Shown here: positions 37,064 to 48,028 of the stretch, piece after piece
How positions within the stretch are numbered: position 1 is the first letter of the stretch
Layout: each line of letters opens with the position of its first letter
Source of the DNA: an uncultured Actinomycetota bacterium
GTDB lineage: Bacteria; Actinomycetota; Actinomycetes; Streptosporangiales; Streptosporangiaceae
DNA length: 64,000 nucleotides
NCBI GenBank assembly: GCA_963749145.1
Contig: CAVVLN010000002.1
Coordinates: forward strand, 272,952-336,951
Reading direction: 5' to 3'
Position numbers and translations under genes: made by a program
Notes under the pieces: generated by a model
Database searches by the model: none
Told to the model about the DNA's origin: nothing
Seen by the model: only the letters and a program-made list of their open reading frames with translations

Positions 37064-39198
37064 TCAGGCATGGCGGTCGCCCCCCGCCGCGGCCTGGATG
37101 GTGGCATGGGTGGTGGCCAGCATCGCCCTGGTCGGCAGGACGGCGCTGCCCATGATCGCCCGCCGGAACGCATAGGCGCAGCTGCGGTGGCCCTTGTCCT
37201 GGCGGCCGCGCCAGAGGGTCTTGCCATCCAGCTTCGCGGACCGGAAGTCGTTGATGACCAGCCGCTGGGACCCGGACGTGACCTCGATCCACTCCTTGCC
37301 CGCCGATGGCAGGGCGCTCGCGTAGCAGATCGTGGCCAGCGAGCCGTCGGCGAAGCGCAGGGATACGACAGCGTCGTTGCCGGGCACCACGCGCCCGTCG
37401 CCGCCGCGGCGGCCGTGGCTGTCGCCGGCCAGCACCGAAACGGTCTCCTCGATGTCGGTGCCAATCAGCGCCTGGGCGGTGTCGATGAAGTGGCACACCT
37501 CGCCGAGCACCCGGCCTCCCTGGCGCCGGTCGGTGTACCAGTGGCCGTCCGGGACCGGCCCGGCCGCGACCCGGTACACCAGGAACTTGGGCTCGGTCAC
37601 CTCGGCGAGCATAGTTTGCGCAACCTTCACGGCCGGAGACCAGCGGCGGTTGAACCCGATCATGAGCTGTCGCTCGGAGGCCTCCCAGGCGGCCTCGATC
37701 TCGCCAAGCTCGTCCATGGTCAGTGCGAGCGGCTTCTCGCACCACACGTGCCGCCCGTCTTTCAGGGCCAGTTTCGTGAGCTCGGCGTGGGTGTCGTGCG
37801 GGGTGGCGATCACCACGACGCTGACGTCCGGGTCGTCGATGACCGGGAAGGCCCCGGAGACCGCCTTCTCGAAGCGGTACCGTTCTGCGGCCCGGCGGGC
37901 CGTGATCCCGCTCGCCGAGGTCACCGCGACGAGGCGCTTGAAGCCCGCGCGGCGGAACGCGGGCAGCAGCGTTCCGGTCGAGAACGCCCCGGCGCCGATC
38001 CAGCCGACACCCGGCGGCGAGCCGACGAACTGCGCCGCACCCGACGCCGAGCCGGCGTACGCCGGGTCGGCGGCCGAGGCGCGCGGCCTGATCAGGACCG
38101 GGGCATCTTCGGCGGGCGCCTTCGGGTAGGTCAGCTGGACCGCCAGATACGGCTCGGGACGCTTCTCGATCAGCTCGTAGGCCGCGGGGGCGTCGCCGAT
38201 GTCGAAGCGGTGGGTCACCAGGTCGGAGACCTGGAGCCGGCCGGCGGCCAGCAGGTCGAGCACCGCCTCGAAGTTCCGGCCCTCGGTCCAGCGCACCTGC
38301 CCCGCCGGGTAGTCCACCCCCCAGGCCTCGTACGACGGGTCGTAGCGGCCCGGGCCGTAGGACCGGGCGAACCGCAGCGAGAGCTCCCGCTCGTAGAACG
38401 GGGTGCGGTCCAGGTTGAGACCGACATCCCCGACGATGACGATGGCGGCGCGGTCGCGGCACAGTGCGGGCGCCCGGGTTACCGGCGCGGACGACGAACT
38501 GGCCGCGCACACCAGCACCGCGTCCGCGCCCCGCCCGCGCGACCAGGCGAGGACCCGGTTCGTGGTCGGGTCGCCGAGTTCGTCAAGGGCCAGGATCCCG
38601 GATTGTGCCGCGACGATGCGCGCGTGATTCGACGGATCGACGCCGGCCACGTCGCAGCCCGCGGCCATGGCCAGCCGGCCGGCCAGCTGCCCGACCAGGC
38701 CCAGGCCGATCACGACCACCTTCGCCCCCGGGCCCACCTCGGCTTGGCGCAGGCCGTGCAGCGCGATCGATGCCACGGTCGTGAACGCGGCGTCCGCGGC
38801 GGGCACGCCGCCCGGTACCGCGGCGCAGAGCAGGCCGGGAACCGCCTGGAACTCGGCGTGGTTCGCCTTGCCCGCCCCGCCGGTCGCCACCACCTGGCCG
38901 ACCCGCAGGCCGCTGACCGCGGGCCCGACCTCGACCACCTGGCCCGCGGCGGAATAGCCGAGCGGCAGGTCCTCGGCCAGGCGGCTACGGACGGCCTGCG
39001 CCGATGGCGGCGATGCCCTCGGACTCTGGCCTTGCGCACTACCTGGCGGACCAGGTCCGGCCGAGCCCGCGCCTTGGCCAGCAGGTTGGACTGGGCGAGC
39101 GAGGTGATGGCCCGTTCGGTCCCCGGCGAGATCACCGACGCAAGGGTGCGCACCAGTACCTCGGTCGATGCTATTGATGGGCGCGGTACGTCGAGCAC
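37064..39198 (-). pseudogene. Bi-domain oxidoreductase (Zn-ADH/MDR domain fused to Gfo/Idh/MocA domain) with apparent frameshifts near the 5' end
   Basis: The main ORF is 37064-38938. It contains VVVIGLGLVGQLAGRLA in the MDR domain and VGWIGAGAFSTGTLLPAF...CEKPLALT in the Gfo/Idh/MocA domain. The N-terminal 58 codons (39198 downward: MLDVPRPSIASTEVLVRTLASVISPGTERA...VRQVVRKAR) are in another frame. SEGIAAIGA is readable in the third frame around 38995-39025. Confidence 0.8.
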
Positions 39199-39237
39199 GT
39201 CAACGGCTCCGCCTGCTCAACGGCTGAACGAACTGTT

Positions 39238-40975
39238 TCACACTGCCTCCCCGACTCGGCTGCCACATCCGTCCGGGGCCCGACGCCAGCATGTGGTGAG
39301 CCGTACCGGCAGGACAGCATCGATCCGGCAGGTCAGTACTGGCGAGACGGTCGTCGCCTGGAACCCCGTGGCGACTTCCCCCGACTCGACGCTTAGCCCC
39401 AGCGGGCAAGACGCGTCGACGCTGACTATGACGTCGCCGGATGCTGTGGTGACGATTGCCTCTCCAGCCTTGAACTGGACAGCCGAGGCAAGTGCGAGGT
39501 GCCAGCGGACAGTGACGGTATGGCGACCGTTGCCGGTTACCTCGTCATCTACCTGCAGCCCGGCACGAGTGAGAGACCAGCGGCGGCAGTGCATCGGGTC
39601 GGCCGGCTAGCCGCCGGAACCCGTCATGCGCTGCATCGATGGTCACCGCGCCGTTCGCCGCACTTGCCGTGACGCCCTGCACCCGAGCGCGGCGGCCGGC
39701 ACGGAATGCTCCCCACACCTCGGTGGAGTCGGCGCCGTCGAGTTCCGCGGTGTTGTGGGCCGCCGTTGACCGTTCGTAGTTGCGCACCGAGCCCGCCGTA
39801 TATGTCGAGGTCCCAGTGTCGACGAGTAGCGGCGTCCCATCGACGTAGACCAGGCAGCCGAGCGTGTCGGCGTGCGCGTGCCCGGGCAGCTCGTCGGGGC
39901 ATGGTGCGCCGACGTCGGCGATCAGGTGCCAGCCGCCAGCAGTGGCCCGGATCAGCCCGGTGTCGGGAAGCGTCAGCAGCGGCGCGGTCGGCGCCGGGTC
40001 CGGCCGCAGTGCGGCGACCAGCGCGCGGGGAACCGGGTAGCCGTCATTGAGCAGCGGCACCGTCCCGTCCGGGGCGAGCACGACGCCGAGCCAGCGGCGC
40101 ATCCTGGCGATCGCCTGGCTAAGTTCCTTGCTAGGCGTTCGCCCGCATGCGGTGAGCAGGTCGGCCACGTCGATGAGGTCCCCGAGCACCTGGCAGTGGT
40201 AGGCCGGAGCGCGCTCATAGTGACCGCCGTCGGGCAGCACCTGGACGGCGAGTTGCCGGGTCAGCCGCCGCAGTGCCCACTCAAGTAGCTGATCGTGGGC
40301 GAGGAAGATGCCCAGCCCCGCAAGCGCTTTGAGGTCCTTGATCAGATGATTGCCGCCCAGGTCGGATTCCAGATTCTGACGCAGGAACCCGGCATGGTTG
40401 GCGAGCCCGCGCAGGAATTCGGCCTCTATATCGCTGCCAGCGACCAGGTCGCGGTACAGGCCGCACCACGACCAGGCGCGGAGCGCAACAGGGTAAGGAA
40501 GCCACGCGTCGCCGCGACCGAATACGCAGGACGCTTGCCAGGATCGCCACAGCCAGGCGAAGACAGATCGGGCGGTACGCCGATCAGTCTCGGCCGCCAA
40601 GGCCCATGCCCAGTCCCAGTAGTGAAGGTGGAAGCGCCACAGCTGCGGTGCGTCGGCGTGATGCCACTGCATCGGCTCACCGAGGTCCCTGGTCATCCCG
40701 AGCAGGCTGATCCGGCCGGACACCAGCTCGGCCAGGCCGGGCCAGCGCTGCGGCGCGATTGCGTCCAACGGGGTGAAACTGGTAGGCCAGCCGCGCGCGG
40801 CCGCCGGGTTAGGGCCGGCCAGCAGCCGCTGGCCCAGCTGCGGCCAGCGCCGCAGCGCGGCTCGCTGCGTGCGCAGCCGCGCCCGGTGCGCGACCTGGGC
40901 TGGCTGCAGGTGCACGGCGGTGCGGCCGAACAACGCAAGCTCTTCGCCGGTCACGCTGTCTGCCCCTTCATGCAA
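39238..40975 (-). pseudogene. Heparinase II/III-family protein with apparent frameshift near the 3' end
   Basis: ORF 39545-40975 (LWRFHLHYWDW, GGNHLIKDLKAL, DGGHYERAPAYH, PGHAHADTL) ends abnormally after HDGFRRLAGRPD. The expected continuation is MHCRRWSLTRAGLQVDDEVTGNGRHTVTVRWHL. It lies in ORF 39238-39594, one frame off. Confidence 0.8.
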
Positions 40976-41084
40976 GCCCCATCGTCAGAGTCCAGGAAGC
41001 CACTGCCCCCAGTGGCCAGCGCAGTCCGGCGCCGGGCGGAGGAGCGGTCTCCCAGGCCCCCTCCACCTCGGCTGGCCCCTCGGG

Positions 41085-42330
41085 TCACCGGGGGACCTCG
41101 AGGATCTTGCGGTACTCGCGGGCGAGTTCGGCGCGGTCGAAGAAGGGCTCACGTACGCCCGGCCCTGCCGCCCCATCGCCGCGCGGCGGGCCGGGTCGGC
41201 CGCTAGCTCGCCGATCGCGAACGCGAGCGCCGCGCTGTCCTCCGGGGGCACGACGACGGCGCCTGCCTCACGCAGGATCTGGGCTGTCTCGCCGGCCACC
41301 GAGCCGATGACCGGCTTGGCTGCGGCCAGGTACTCGAACATCTTCGACGGGATGAAGGTCGCGAAAAGCGGCACGTCGCGCAGCGGCACCAGGCAGATGT
41401 CGGCTGCTGCCAGCAGGCCGGGAACCTGGTCAGGGGACACCGCCGGAGCCAGTGTGACTTTGGTCAGGCCAAGCTCGGCGACCCGGCGCTCCAGTCGTGG
41501 CTTGTCTGCCCCGCCGCCGACGAACGCGACATGAACCGGCTGCCCGGCCAGCCGGGCGGCGGCGTCGGCGACGGCAGGCAGCGCATGCGAGATCCCGTGC
41601 GTGCCGGCGTACAGGACCAGGCAGTCGCCCGGCCGGGCGCCGAGGCGAGTGCGCGGTTTCGTCACCGCCCGTCGGCGTGCAAGCCGGGCCGGAACCGGGC
41701 GAGCGAGACGCCGTTGCGGATCGTGTGCACCTTGGCCGCCGGCACGCCACGGTCGATGAGATTCGCGCGGAACCCGTCGCTCACCACGACCACTTGGTCG
41801 GCCGCCGCGTAGGCGGCGAGTTCGAGCCGCTCCAGCACCCCGATGATCCGGCGGTTGGTCAGCACGCCGAGCTCGACGAAGATCGCGGGCCACAGGTCGC
41901 GGACCTCGACGACCAGCCGGGCCCGCTTCAGCCGGGCGAGCAGCCAGGCCGAGCCGATGGAGAAGAACGTCGGCGAGGAGACCACCACGGTGTCGGCCCG
42001 CCCGCAGGTCAGGCCGCCGAGCAGGACGCTGCTGATCATGAAGCTGAGGTGGGAGAGGGTCTTGCGGGCCACGCCCTCGTTGGGCGTGGCGTACAGCCAG
42101 GTGCGCACCACCCGGTAGCCGTCCCGCCGCTCGCGGCGCAGGACCGCGCGGCGGTACTGCGGCGGCAGCACCCCGGTCGGGTGGTTTGGCATCCCGGTCA
42201 GCACAGTCACCTCGTCCCCGCCCGCGGCCCAGGCGGCCGCGAGAGCGGACAGCCGCGCCTGCGGGGCCCCGGCCTCAGGCGGGAAGTAGTGGCTGACGAT
42301 GAGGATGCGCTGCGGGCGATTGCCGCTCAT
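41085..42330 (-). pseudogene. WbuB-like GT4 glycosyltransferase with two apparent frameshifts
   Basis: The N-terminal half starts at ATG 42330 (MSGNRPQRILIVSHYFPPEAGAPQARL) and stops at 41662. The C-terminal half (VLYAGTHGISHAL...IPSKMFEYLAAAKPVIG) is in another frame. The expected tail EPFFDRAELAREYRKILEVPR-stop (stop at 41085-41087) is in a third frame from about 41155. Confidence 0.8.
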
Positions 42331-43361
42331 CAGGCCTCCACTAGCACGCGGGCCCGCCCCAGCAGCACCGGGGAGCGCAGGTAGGCCGCGAGTAAGCCGA
42401 GCGCGACCAGGTCGGCGGCGGCCCGCAGCGCCGGGTGGCCGGTGAGGCTGCACGCCCCGAGCAGGCAGAGCGCTGCGGTTATAGCGGCCGTGGCAATCGT
42501 CACCCGCTGATGGGACCAGCCCACATCGCACAACTGCTGGTAGGTGTGCGTCCGGTGGGCTTCGAAGATGCGCTCACCGGCGCGGATTCGCCGCTGCAGC
42601 GTCCACGCGGTATCCGCCAGGTACAGGCCGAGCGGGGCGAGCGCTGCCTCGGCCGGGATGCCGCGGATCACGGAGTAGGCCGCTAGCACCGCCAGGGCAA
42701 CCCCGAGCCCGTAGCTGCCCGCGTCCCCGAGGAAGACCCGGGCTCGCACTGCATTCCAGGGCAGGAACGCGAGCGCGCCCGCAGCGACCGCGGCGCCCGC
42801 TGCGGCCAGGAACGGGTCCGGGTGCAGCCAGCCTAGGCAGGCGTAAAAGGCGCCGCCGATCAGTGCGTGCGCCCCCGAGATCCCGTTCACGCCATCCATG
42901 AAGTTGAATGCGTTGACGAACCCGATGATCCACAGTGCGACGAGCGCCACGCCGGCGACCAGGATCGCGACCGGCGGGTGAGCTAGGTCGACGAGCACCC
43001 CGGCGATCGCGACACTGGCCAGGCCCTGCAGTACGAGGCGCTGCCCGGCGGGCAGCCCACCCAGGTCGTCGGCGAAGCCGATGACGCCGAACACCGCGAC
43101 GGCGACGGCGAACGTTATCGCGACGGTGCCGTGCATCAGCAGCAGAGCAGCCAGCACCAGGCCGGCAGCGATCGGCGCGCCGCCGCCACGTGGGGTGGGA
43201 ACACTGTGCGACGACCGCCCGTTCGGCACGTCGATAGCCGCCCGGCGGAGCAGCGGAATCAGCACCGGCTCGGCTGCGGTGACGAAAGCAGCGCATATCA
43301 GCGCAGCAAGCACGCTGGTCAGGTCCCCTGGCACGTCGCAAGATACTAGCGGCGGAAACAA
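42330..43361 (-). CDS. MraY/WecA-family (glycosyltransferase family 4) polyprenyl-phosphate N-acetylhexosamine-1-phosphate transferase
   Basis: 343 aa, multi-TM. Motifs FADDLGGLPAGQRL, NAFNFMDGVNGISG and VFLGDAGSYGLG. The stop overlaps the downstream GT start (ATGA). TTG start at 43361; an alternative GTG is at 43334. Confidence 0.85.
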   Translation of the reverse strand: MFPPLVSCDVPGDLTSVLAALICAAFVTAAEPVLIPLLRRAAIDVPNGRSSHSVPTPRGGGAPIAAGLVLAALLLMHGTVAITFAVAVAVFGVIGFADDLGGLPAGQRLVLQGLASVAIAGVLVDLAHPPVAILVAGVALVALWIIGFVNAFNFMDGVNGISGAHALIGGAFYACLGWLHPDPFLAAAGAAVAAGALAFLPWNAVRARVFLGDAGSYGLGVALAVLAAYSVIRGIPAEAALAPLGLYLADTAWTLQRRIRAGERIFEAHRTHTYQQLCDVGWSHQRVTIATAAITAALCLLGACSLTGHPALRAAADLVALGLLAAYLRSPVLLGRARVLVEA

Positions 43362-43424
43362 CAGTGCGTAGCGTTTTGCTTACGGTAAGTTGCTTCGCAT
43401 GTCGTACTGCCCCGGATACCGGAC

Positions 43425-44675
43425 GTGACCACCTTATCGAGCGCCGCAGTCGTCGGCCTCGGCTACATCGGCCTGCCGACCGCGGTCTCGCTCGCCACCG
43501 GTGGCCTGGAAGTCACCGGGGTCGACGTGAACCCCGACATCGTCGAGCGGGTCAACGGGGGCGAGACCCCGTTCGCCGAGCCGGACCTGTCGGTCGTGGT
43601 CAGCGGCGCGGTAGCGATGGGGCGACTGCGGGCCCAGCAGGAGATGCCGTCCGCCGATGCCTACGTCATCGCCGTGCCCACCCCCTTCACCGGTGACCAC
43701 ACGGCCGACCTCAGCTACATCTCTGCGGCGGCCGAGGCGATTGCGGATGTGCTGCACGGCGGCGAGGTCATCGTGCTGGAATCGACCGCGCCGCCGGGTA
43801 CCACCCGCAAGGTCAGCGAGCTGATCGCGGCCCGCCGCCCGGACCTGCACCTTCCCCACGTTCCCGACATCCCCCCGGACGTACATGTCGCCCATTGTCC
43901 CGAGCGGGTGCTGCCCGGTCGGATCATGATCGAGATCGCGACCAACGACCGGGTGATAGGCGGCATGACGCCCGCCTGCGCCACGCGCGCCGTCGAGCTC
44001 TACCGGACGTTCTGCCACGGTGAGCTGATCGTCACCGACGCCGCCAGCGCCGAGATGGCGAAGCTGGCCGAGAATGCCTACCGCGACGTGAACATCGCCT
44101 TTGCCAACGAGCTGTCGCTGATCTGCCAGCGTCTCGGCCTTGACGTCTGGGAGATCCGCGAGATGGCCAACCACCACCCGCGGGTCGAGATCCTCCGCCC
44201 GGGGCCGGGCGTCGGCGGGCACTGCATCGCGGTGGACCCCTGGTTCATCGTCGAGTCAGCCCCGGACCTAGCCCGGCTGACCCGCACCGCCCGTGCAGTC
44301 AACGACCACATGCCCGAGCACACCGCCGAGCAGATCGTCGCCACCTCCCGCCGGTTCCGCGACCCACGCATCGCCTGCCTCGGGCTGTCCTTCAAAGCCG
44401 ACGTCGGCGACCTGCGGGAGAGCCCGGCCGTCGACATCACCGCCCGGGTCGCCGCGGCCCTGCCCGACGTCAAGATCCTCACGGTCGAGCCGCACGTGCC
44501 ATCGTTGCCCGGCCAGCTCGGCGAGCTCGGCAACGTGGTGCTAACCGACGCCGAGCACGCCATCGCCGAGGCCGACGTGATCGCGCTGCTGGTCGACCAC
44601 GGCTGCTTCCGCGCGATCAAGAAGTCCCAGCTGGCCGGCAAGGTCGTCTACGACACCCGCGGTATGTGGGCGTAA
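43425..44675 (+). CDS. wecC: UDP-N-acetyl-D-mannosamine dehydrogenase-type nucleotide-sugar dehydrogenase
   Basis: NAD-binding N-terminus AAVVGLGYIGLPTAV. Motifs VPTPF, PERVLPG, KLAENAYRDVNIAFANE and the catalytic-Cys region GPGVGGHCIAVDPWF. 416 aa. Confidence 0.9.
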   Translation: MTTLSSAAVVGLGYIGLPTAVSLATGGLEVTGVDVNPDIVERVNGGETPFAEPDLSVVVSGAVAMGRLRAQQEMPSADAYVIAVPTPFTGDHTADLSYISAAAEAIADVLHGGEVIVLESTAPPGTTRKVSELIAARRPDLHLPHVPDIPPDVHVAHCPERVLPGRIMIEIATNDRVIGGMTPACATRAVELYRTFCHGELIVTDAASAEMAKLAENAYRDVNIAFANELSLICQRLGLDVWEIREMANHHPRVEILRPGPGVGGHCIAVDPWFIVESAPDLARLTRTARAVNDHMPEHTAEQIVATSRRFRDPRIACLGLSFKADVGDLRESPAVDITARVAAALPDVKILTVEPHVPSLPGQLGELGNVVLTDAEHAIAEADVIALLVDHGCFRAIKKSQLAGKVVYDTRGMWA

Positions 44676-44731
44676 CGGGCCATTCTGCGAAAAGTGATTT
44701 CACTGGATGCAGGCATCGTCCGCGGAGGCAG

Positions 44732-45991
44732 TCACATACCCGTCGGAGGAGAGGTTGATTGCAGGGGCGCACCGGGGAAGCTCGGGGCGGTCGGCACGGG
44801 CAGAGACTGTCTGAGGCTGGTCATCGTAACCGTGGCTGCCTCCGGTTGCGCGAGTCGTGGCGGGCTTGCCGGGCCAGCGCTGGCCGGGGCGGGGCGGATG
44901 AGCGCAGGTGCGTGCCGCCATACCAGGAAAGCGGCCGCGCCGAGCGGAATGGGCGGCAGGTAGGTGACAGCCCGGTACAACAGCACGGCGGCGGTCACCT
45001 GCGCGCTCGCCCGGGGGCCGGCCCCGGCGGCCAGGACGCCGACCAGGCCGAGCTCGGTGATCCCGAGACCGCCGGGGGTCAGCGGCAGCACGGTCAGCAG
45101 CCGGACGAACGCGTACGCCGCCAGGGAGGTCTGCCATGACACCTGGGCCTGGGACAGCCCGGTGCCGCGCAGGCACGCCAGCAGCACCAGCCACAAGATG
45201 ATCTGGGCCGCCGCCGTGGTGACCGTGATCCGCCAGCCGCGCGCGGCCAGCAGCCCGGCCGCGCGGCCCCGGAAGCCGGTCAGCGACCCGGCGAGACGAG
45301 TGGGCGCCCGGCGGCGTGCCAGCCGGCAGGCGACGCCGGCCACACGCTGCAGCGCATGGTCGGCGCTGAGCGCGAAGCGCTCGCTGCGCAGCAGCAGGCC
45401 GAGCCCGGCCGCCGCGGCGGCGAGCAGGCCCAGGCCCACGGCCGCCGAGGTGATCAGGACGGCATCGGGCCTGCTGACGGTCAGCAAGGCCAGCAGCGCG
45501 AGGACCGGCAGGCCCAGCCGGGCGAAGACGTTCCAGATGCCCGACAGCAGCGTGTACAGCACGTACTCTTCGGTGCCGACACCCCAGCTGGACAGCATCG
45601 CCCAGCTGACTCCCATGCCGAGGGCGCCCCCGGCGGGCAGGGCGTTGGCCGCGGCATTGGAGCTGAGATTGACCGCCGCCGCCTCGCGCAGCCGCAGCGA
45701 TGGCAGCACCGCGCAGATTCCGAACCAGTACGAGGCCAGGCTGGCGGCGGCCGCGACGCCGATGAGCAGGGCATAGGGCCAGGTCATCGCCTGCAGGCTG
45801 GCCCACACGCTGTGGTAGGACGCAAAATGGGGGAGCGCGAACCCGAAGGCGGCGGCGACGAGCGCGGCCGACACCGCGCCCCGGAGGACCTTCCGGCCGC
45901 GCCGCAGCCAGCGCCCGCCGGTCACCGGCTGGCACGGTCCGCCATGCTGCGGGCCGGCTCCGGCAGGAGCCTGCCACTCCGGTGGCATCAT
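44732..45991 (-). CDS. Flippase-like / lysylphosphatidylglycerol-synthase TM-region (UPF0104) membrane protein
   Basis: Multi-TM protein with the conserved tail LPLTPGGLGITELGLVGVLAAGA. ATG start at 45991 (MMPPEW); the longer TTG ORF runs to 46030. Confidence 0.7.
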   Translation of the reverse strand: MMPPEWQAPAGAGPQHGGPCQPVTGGRWLRRGRKVLRGAVSAALVAAAFGFALPHFASYHSVWASLQAMTWPYALLIGVAAAASLASYWFGICAVLPSLRLREAAAVNLSSNAAANALPAGGALGMGVSWAMLSSWGVGTEEYVLYTLLSGIWNVFARLGLPVLALLALLTVSRPDAVLITSAAVGLGLLAAAAAGLGLLLRSERFALSADHALQRVAGVACRLARRRAPTRLAGSLTGFRGRAAGLLAARGWRITVTTAAAQIILWLVLLACLRGTGLSQAQVSWQTSLAAYAFVRLLTVLPLTPGGLGITELGLVGVLAAGAGPRASAQVTAAVLLYRAVTYLPPIPLGAAAFLVWRHAPALIRPAPASAGPASPPRLAQPEAATVTMTSLRQSLPVPTAPSFPGAPLQSTSPPTGM

Positions 45992-46224
45992 GGTGGCCGC
46001 TGCGCCTTGCCGACGCGGGTCGTTACGCAAAAGAAAACTCCGGATCCTGCGCCGCTCCTGCTATTTCGTGCATGCGGCTGCCGGGGTCCGGAGCAACGCT
46101 CACACTTTACGCCGGGGCGATCGTCGTGTAAATGGTGCCGCCGGGCAAGCAGCAGAAACGACGATACCTAGCATTCTGAATGCGATAAGTTGTGTCACAT
46201 GTTGTATCTATGTGAGCACCGATC

Positions 46225-46286
46225 GTTACCGCCTTAGCGAGCGCCGCGGTGGTCGGGCCCGGGTATATCGGGCTGCCGAAGGTGTA
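46225..46286 (+). pseudogene. 5' stub (about 20 codons) of a second UDP-sugar dehydrogenase gene
   Basis: gttaccgccttagcgagcgccgcggtggtcgggcccgggtatatcgggctgccgaag aligns to the 5' end of the gene at 43425 (45 of 57 nt by my count). It translates to VTALASAAVVGPGYIGLPK, compared with VTTLSSAAVVGLGYIGLPT. Homology stops abruptly. Confidence 0.6.
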
Positions 46287-46343
46287 TAAACACTTAGTAG
46301 TTTCATATTCCTGCTTACGGGGCTCGGGACGGTTTCGCGCCGG

Positions 46344-47959
46344 TTACCTGGCGCGGCGGGAGCCTCCCCGGTGCGACGACGGGGCCGACCCGTTGCCGTT
46401 GAGCTGCGCGGGCACGGCGGGCAGCGACCGGTCGGATACGTAGGTGCCGCCGTAGCCGTACTGGTAGCCGTAACCGTAGCCGCTGGCCTGCCTGGACGTC
46501 TCGTTCAGGACCAGGCCCACTACCTGCGCGTTCACCTGGGCCAGCTTCTCCGCGGCCCGCTGCAGGTCACCCCGGCTGGTCTGGCCCGCGGCCACGATCA
46601 GCAGCGTCGCGTCCGCGTCCTTGGCCAGCACCACCGCGTCGGTGACCGGCAGTACCGGCGGGCTGTCGATGAGCACCAGGTCGAACATGTCGCGCAACCT
46701 CTTGAAGACGTCCTGGATCCGCCGGCCGTTCAGCAGTTCCGCCGGGTTGGGCGGCATCTGCCCGCTGCCGAGCAGCCACAGGTTGTCGTCGCCGGGCACC
46801 GGCTGGATCAGCTCCTCCACCGGCTGCTCGCCCAGGATCGCGGTGGTCAGGCCCAGGCGCTCGTCGATGCCGAAGAACTCGCCCAGCCGGGGCTTGCGCA
46901 GGTCGCAGGAGACCAGCACCACCCGCTGGCCGGCCTGGGCGAACATCGCGCCCAGGTTCGACAGCGTGGACGTCTTGCCCTCGGCGGCGGCCGGGCTGGT
47001 GACCAGGATCGTGTGCAGGTCACGCTCCTGCCGGGCGAACTGCAGCGAGGTGCGCAGCGACCGGTACGCCTCGGCGGCTGGTGCCATCGGCCGGGCCAGC
47101 GACACCACCAGCGGCCGGTCGCGCTTCTTCCAGGAGTTCACCATCGGGACCGCGGCCAGCACGGTGGCGCCCCCGTACTCCTCGGCCGCTTCCTTAGTCG
47201 ACACCGCGTCGTCGAGGCTCTCCCGCAGGAACGCCGCCGCCAGGCCCAGGATCAGCCCGGCCACCAGGCCGAGCAGGCCGTCCTCGGTCGGCTTCGGCGA
47301 GCTCGGCGACGACGGTGCCTGGGCGGGCGTGACCAGCGTCAGGCCGCCAGTCTCGCCCGAGCTGTTGACCTGCATCTGAGTGAGCTGCTCGCTGAGCACG
47401 GCCTGCTGGTTGATCAGCGCGGCCTGCTGGGAGCCGGTGCCTGGCGTCCCATGTAGCTGCTTGATCTGCCTGGCGATCGACTTGATCTGTCCGCGGAGCT
47501 GAGCCTCGGACTGGGTGAGGCTGTTGATCGCGGTGGTGCGCTGGTCGGTGACGAACGCCCGGGCGTAGGAGTTGGCGACGGTCGCGGCGCGGGCCGGGCT
47601 ACTCGCGACCGCGGTAATGGAGATCACGTTGGTCTGCGCGACCTCGGCCGCCGTGACCGAGGGCGCGCTGCCGAGCTGGCGCCGCACCGCGCGGTGACCG
47701 GGGCGCTGGTCACCAGCTGCAGCATGGTCTGCACGTCGGTCGGCGTGACCGGCTGCTGGGTCGCGCCGAGCGCGCCGGCCTGGGTGGACGGCTGCACCAG
47801 GACCTGGGCGGAGGCCGCGTACTGCTTGGCCTCGGTGAACGAGATCGCCAGGCTGACCGCTAATCCCAGGAGCGCGAACGCTATGACCCACCACTTCCGC
47901 CTGCGGACAAGCTGCGCGTAGGAACGAAGAGTCGGGTCCGAGCCGAACTCGCTGGTCAT
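46344..47959 (-). pseudogene. Polysaccharide co-polymerase / BY-kinase (Wzz domain fused to CpsD-like tyrosine autokinase) with apparent frameshift
   Basis: The N-terminus starts at ATG 47959, preceded by GGAGGGG (MTSEFGSDPTLRSYAQLVRRRKWWVIAFALLGLAVSL). The frame changes near 47690. The remainder (to 46344) has Walker A SPAAAEGKTSTLSNLG, the motif LIDSPPVLPVTDA, and the Tyr-rich tail GYGYGYQYGYGGTY. Confidence 0.85.
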
Positions 47960-48028
47960 GCGTTCCCCTCCGTTACCGGGTGTGCCGTGAGTCACAACGA
48001 TGAGTGTAGTTATGACTACGCTGGGTAG

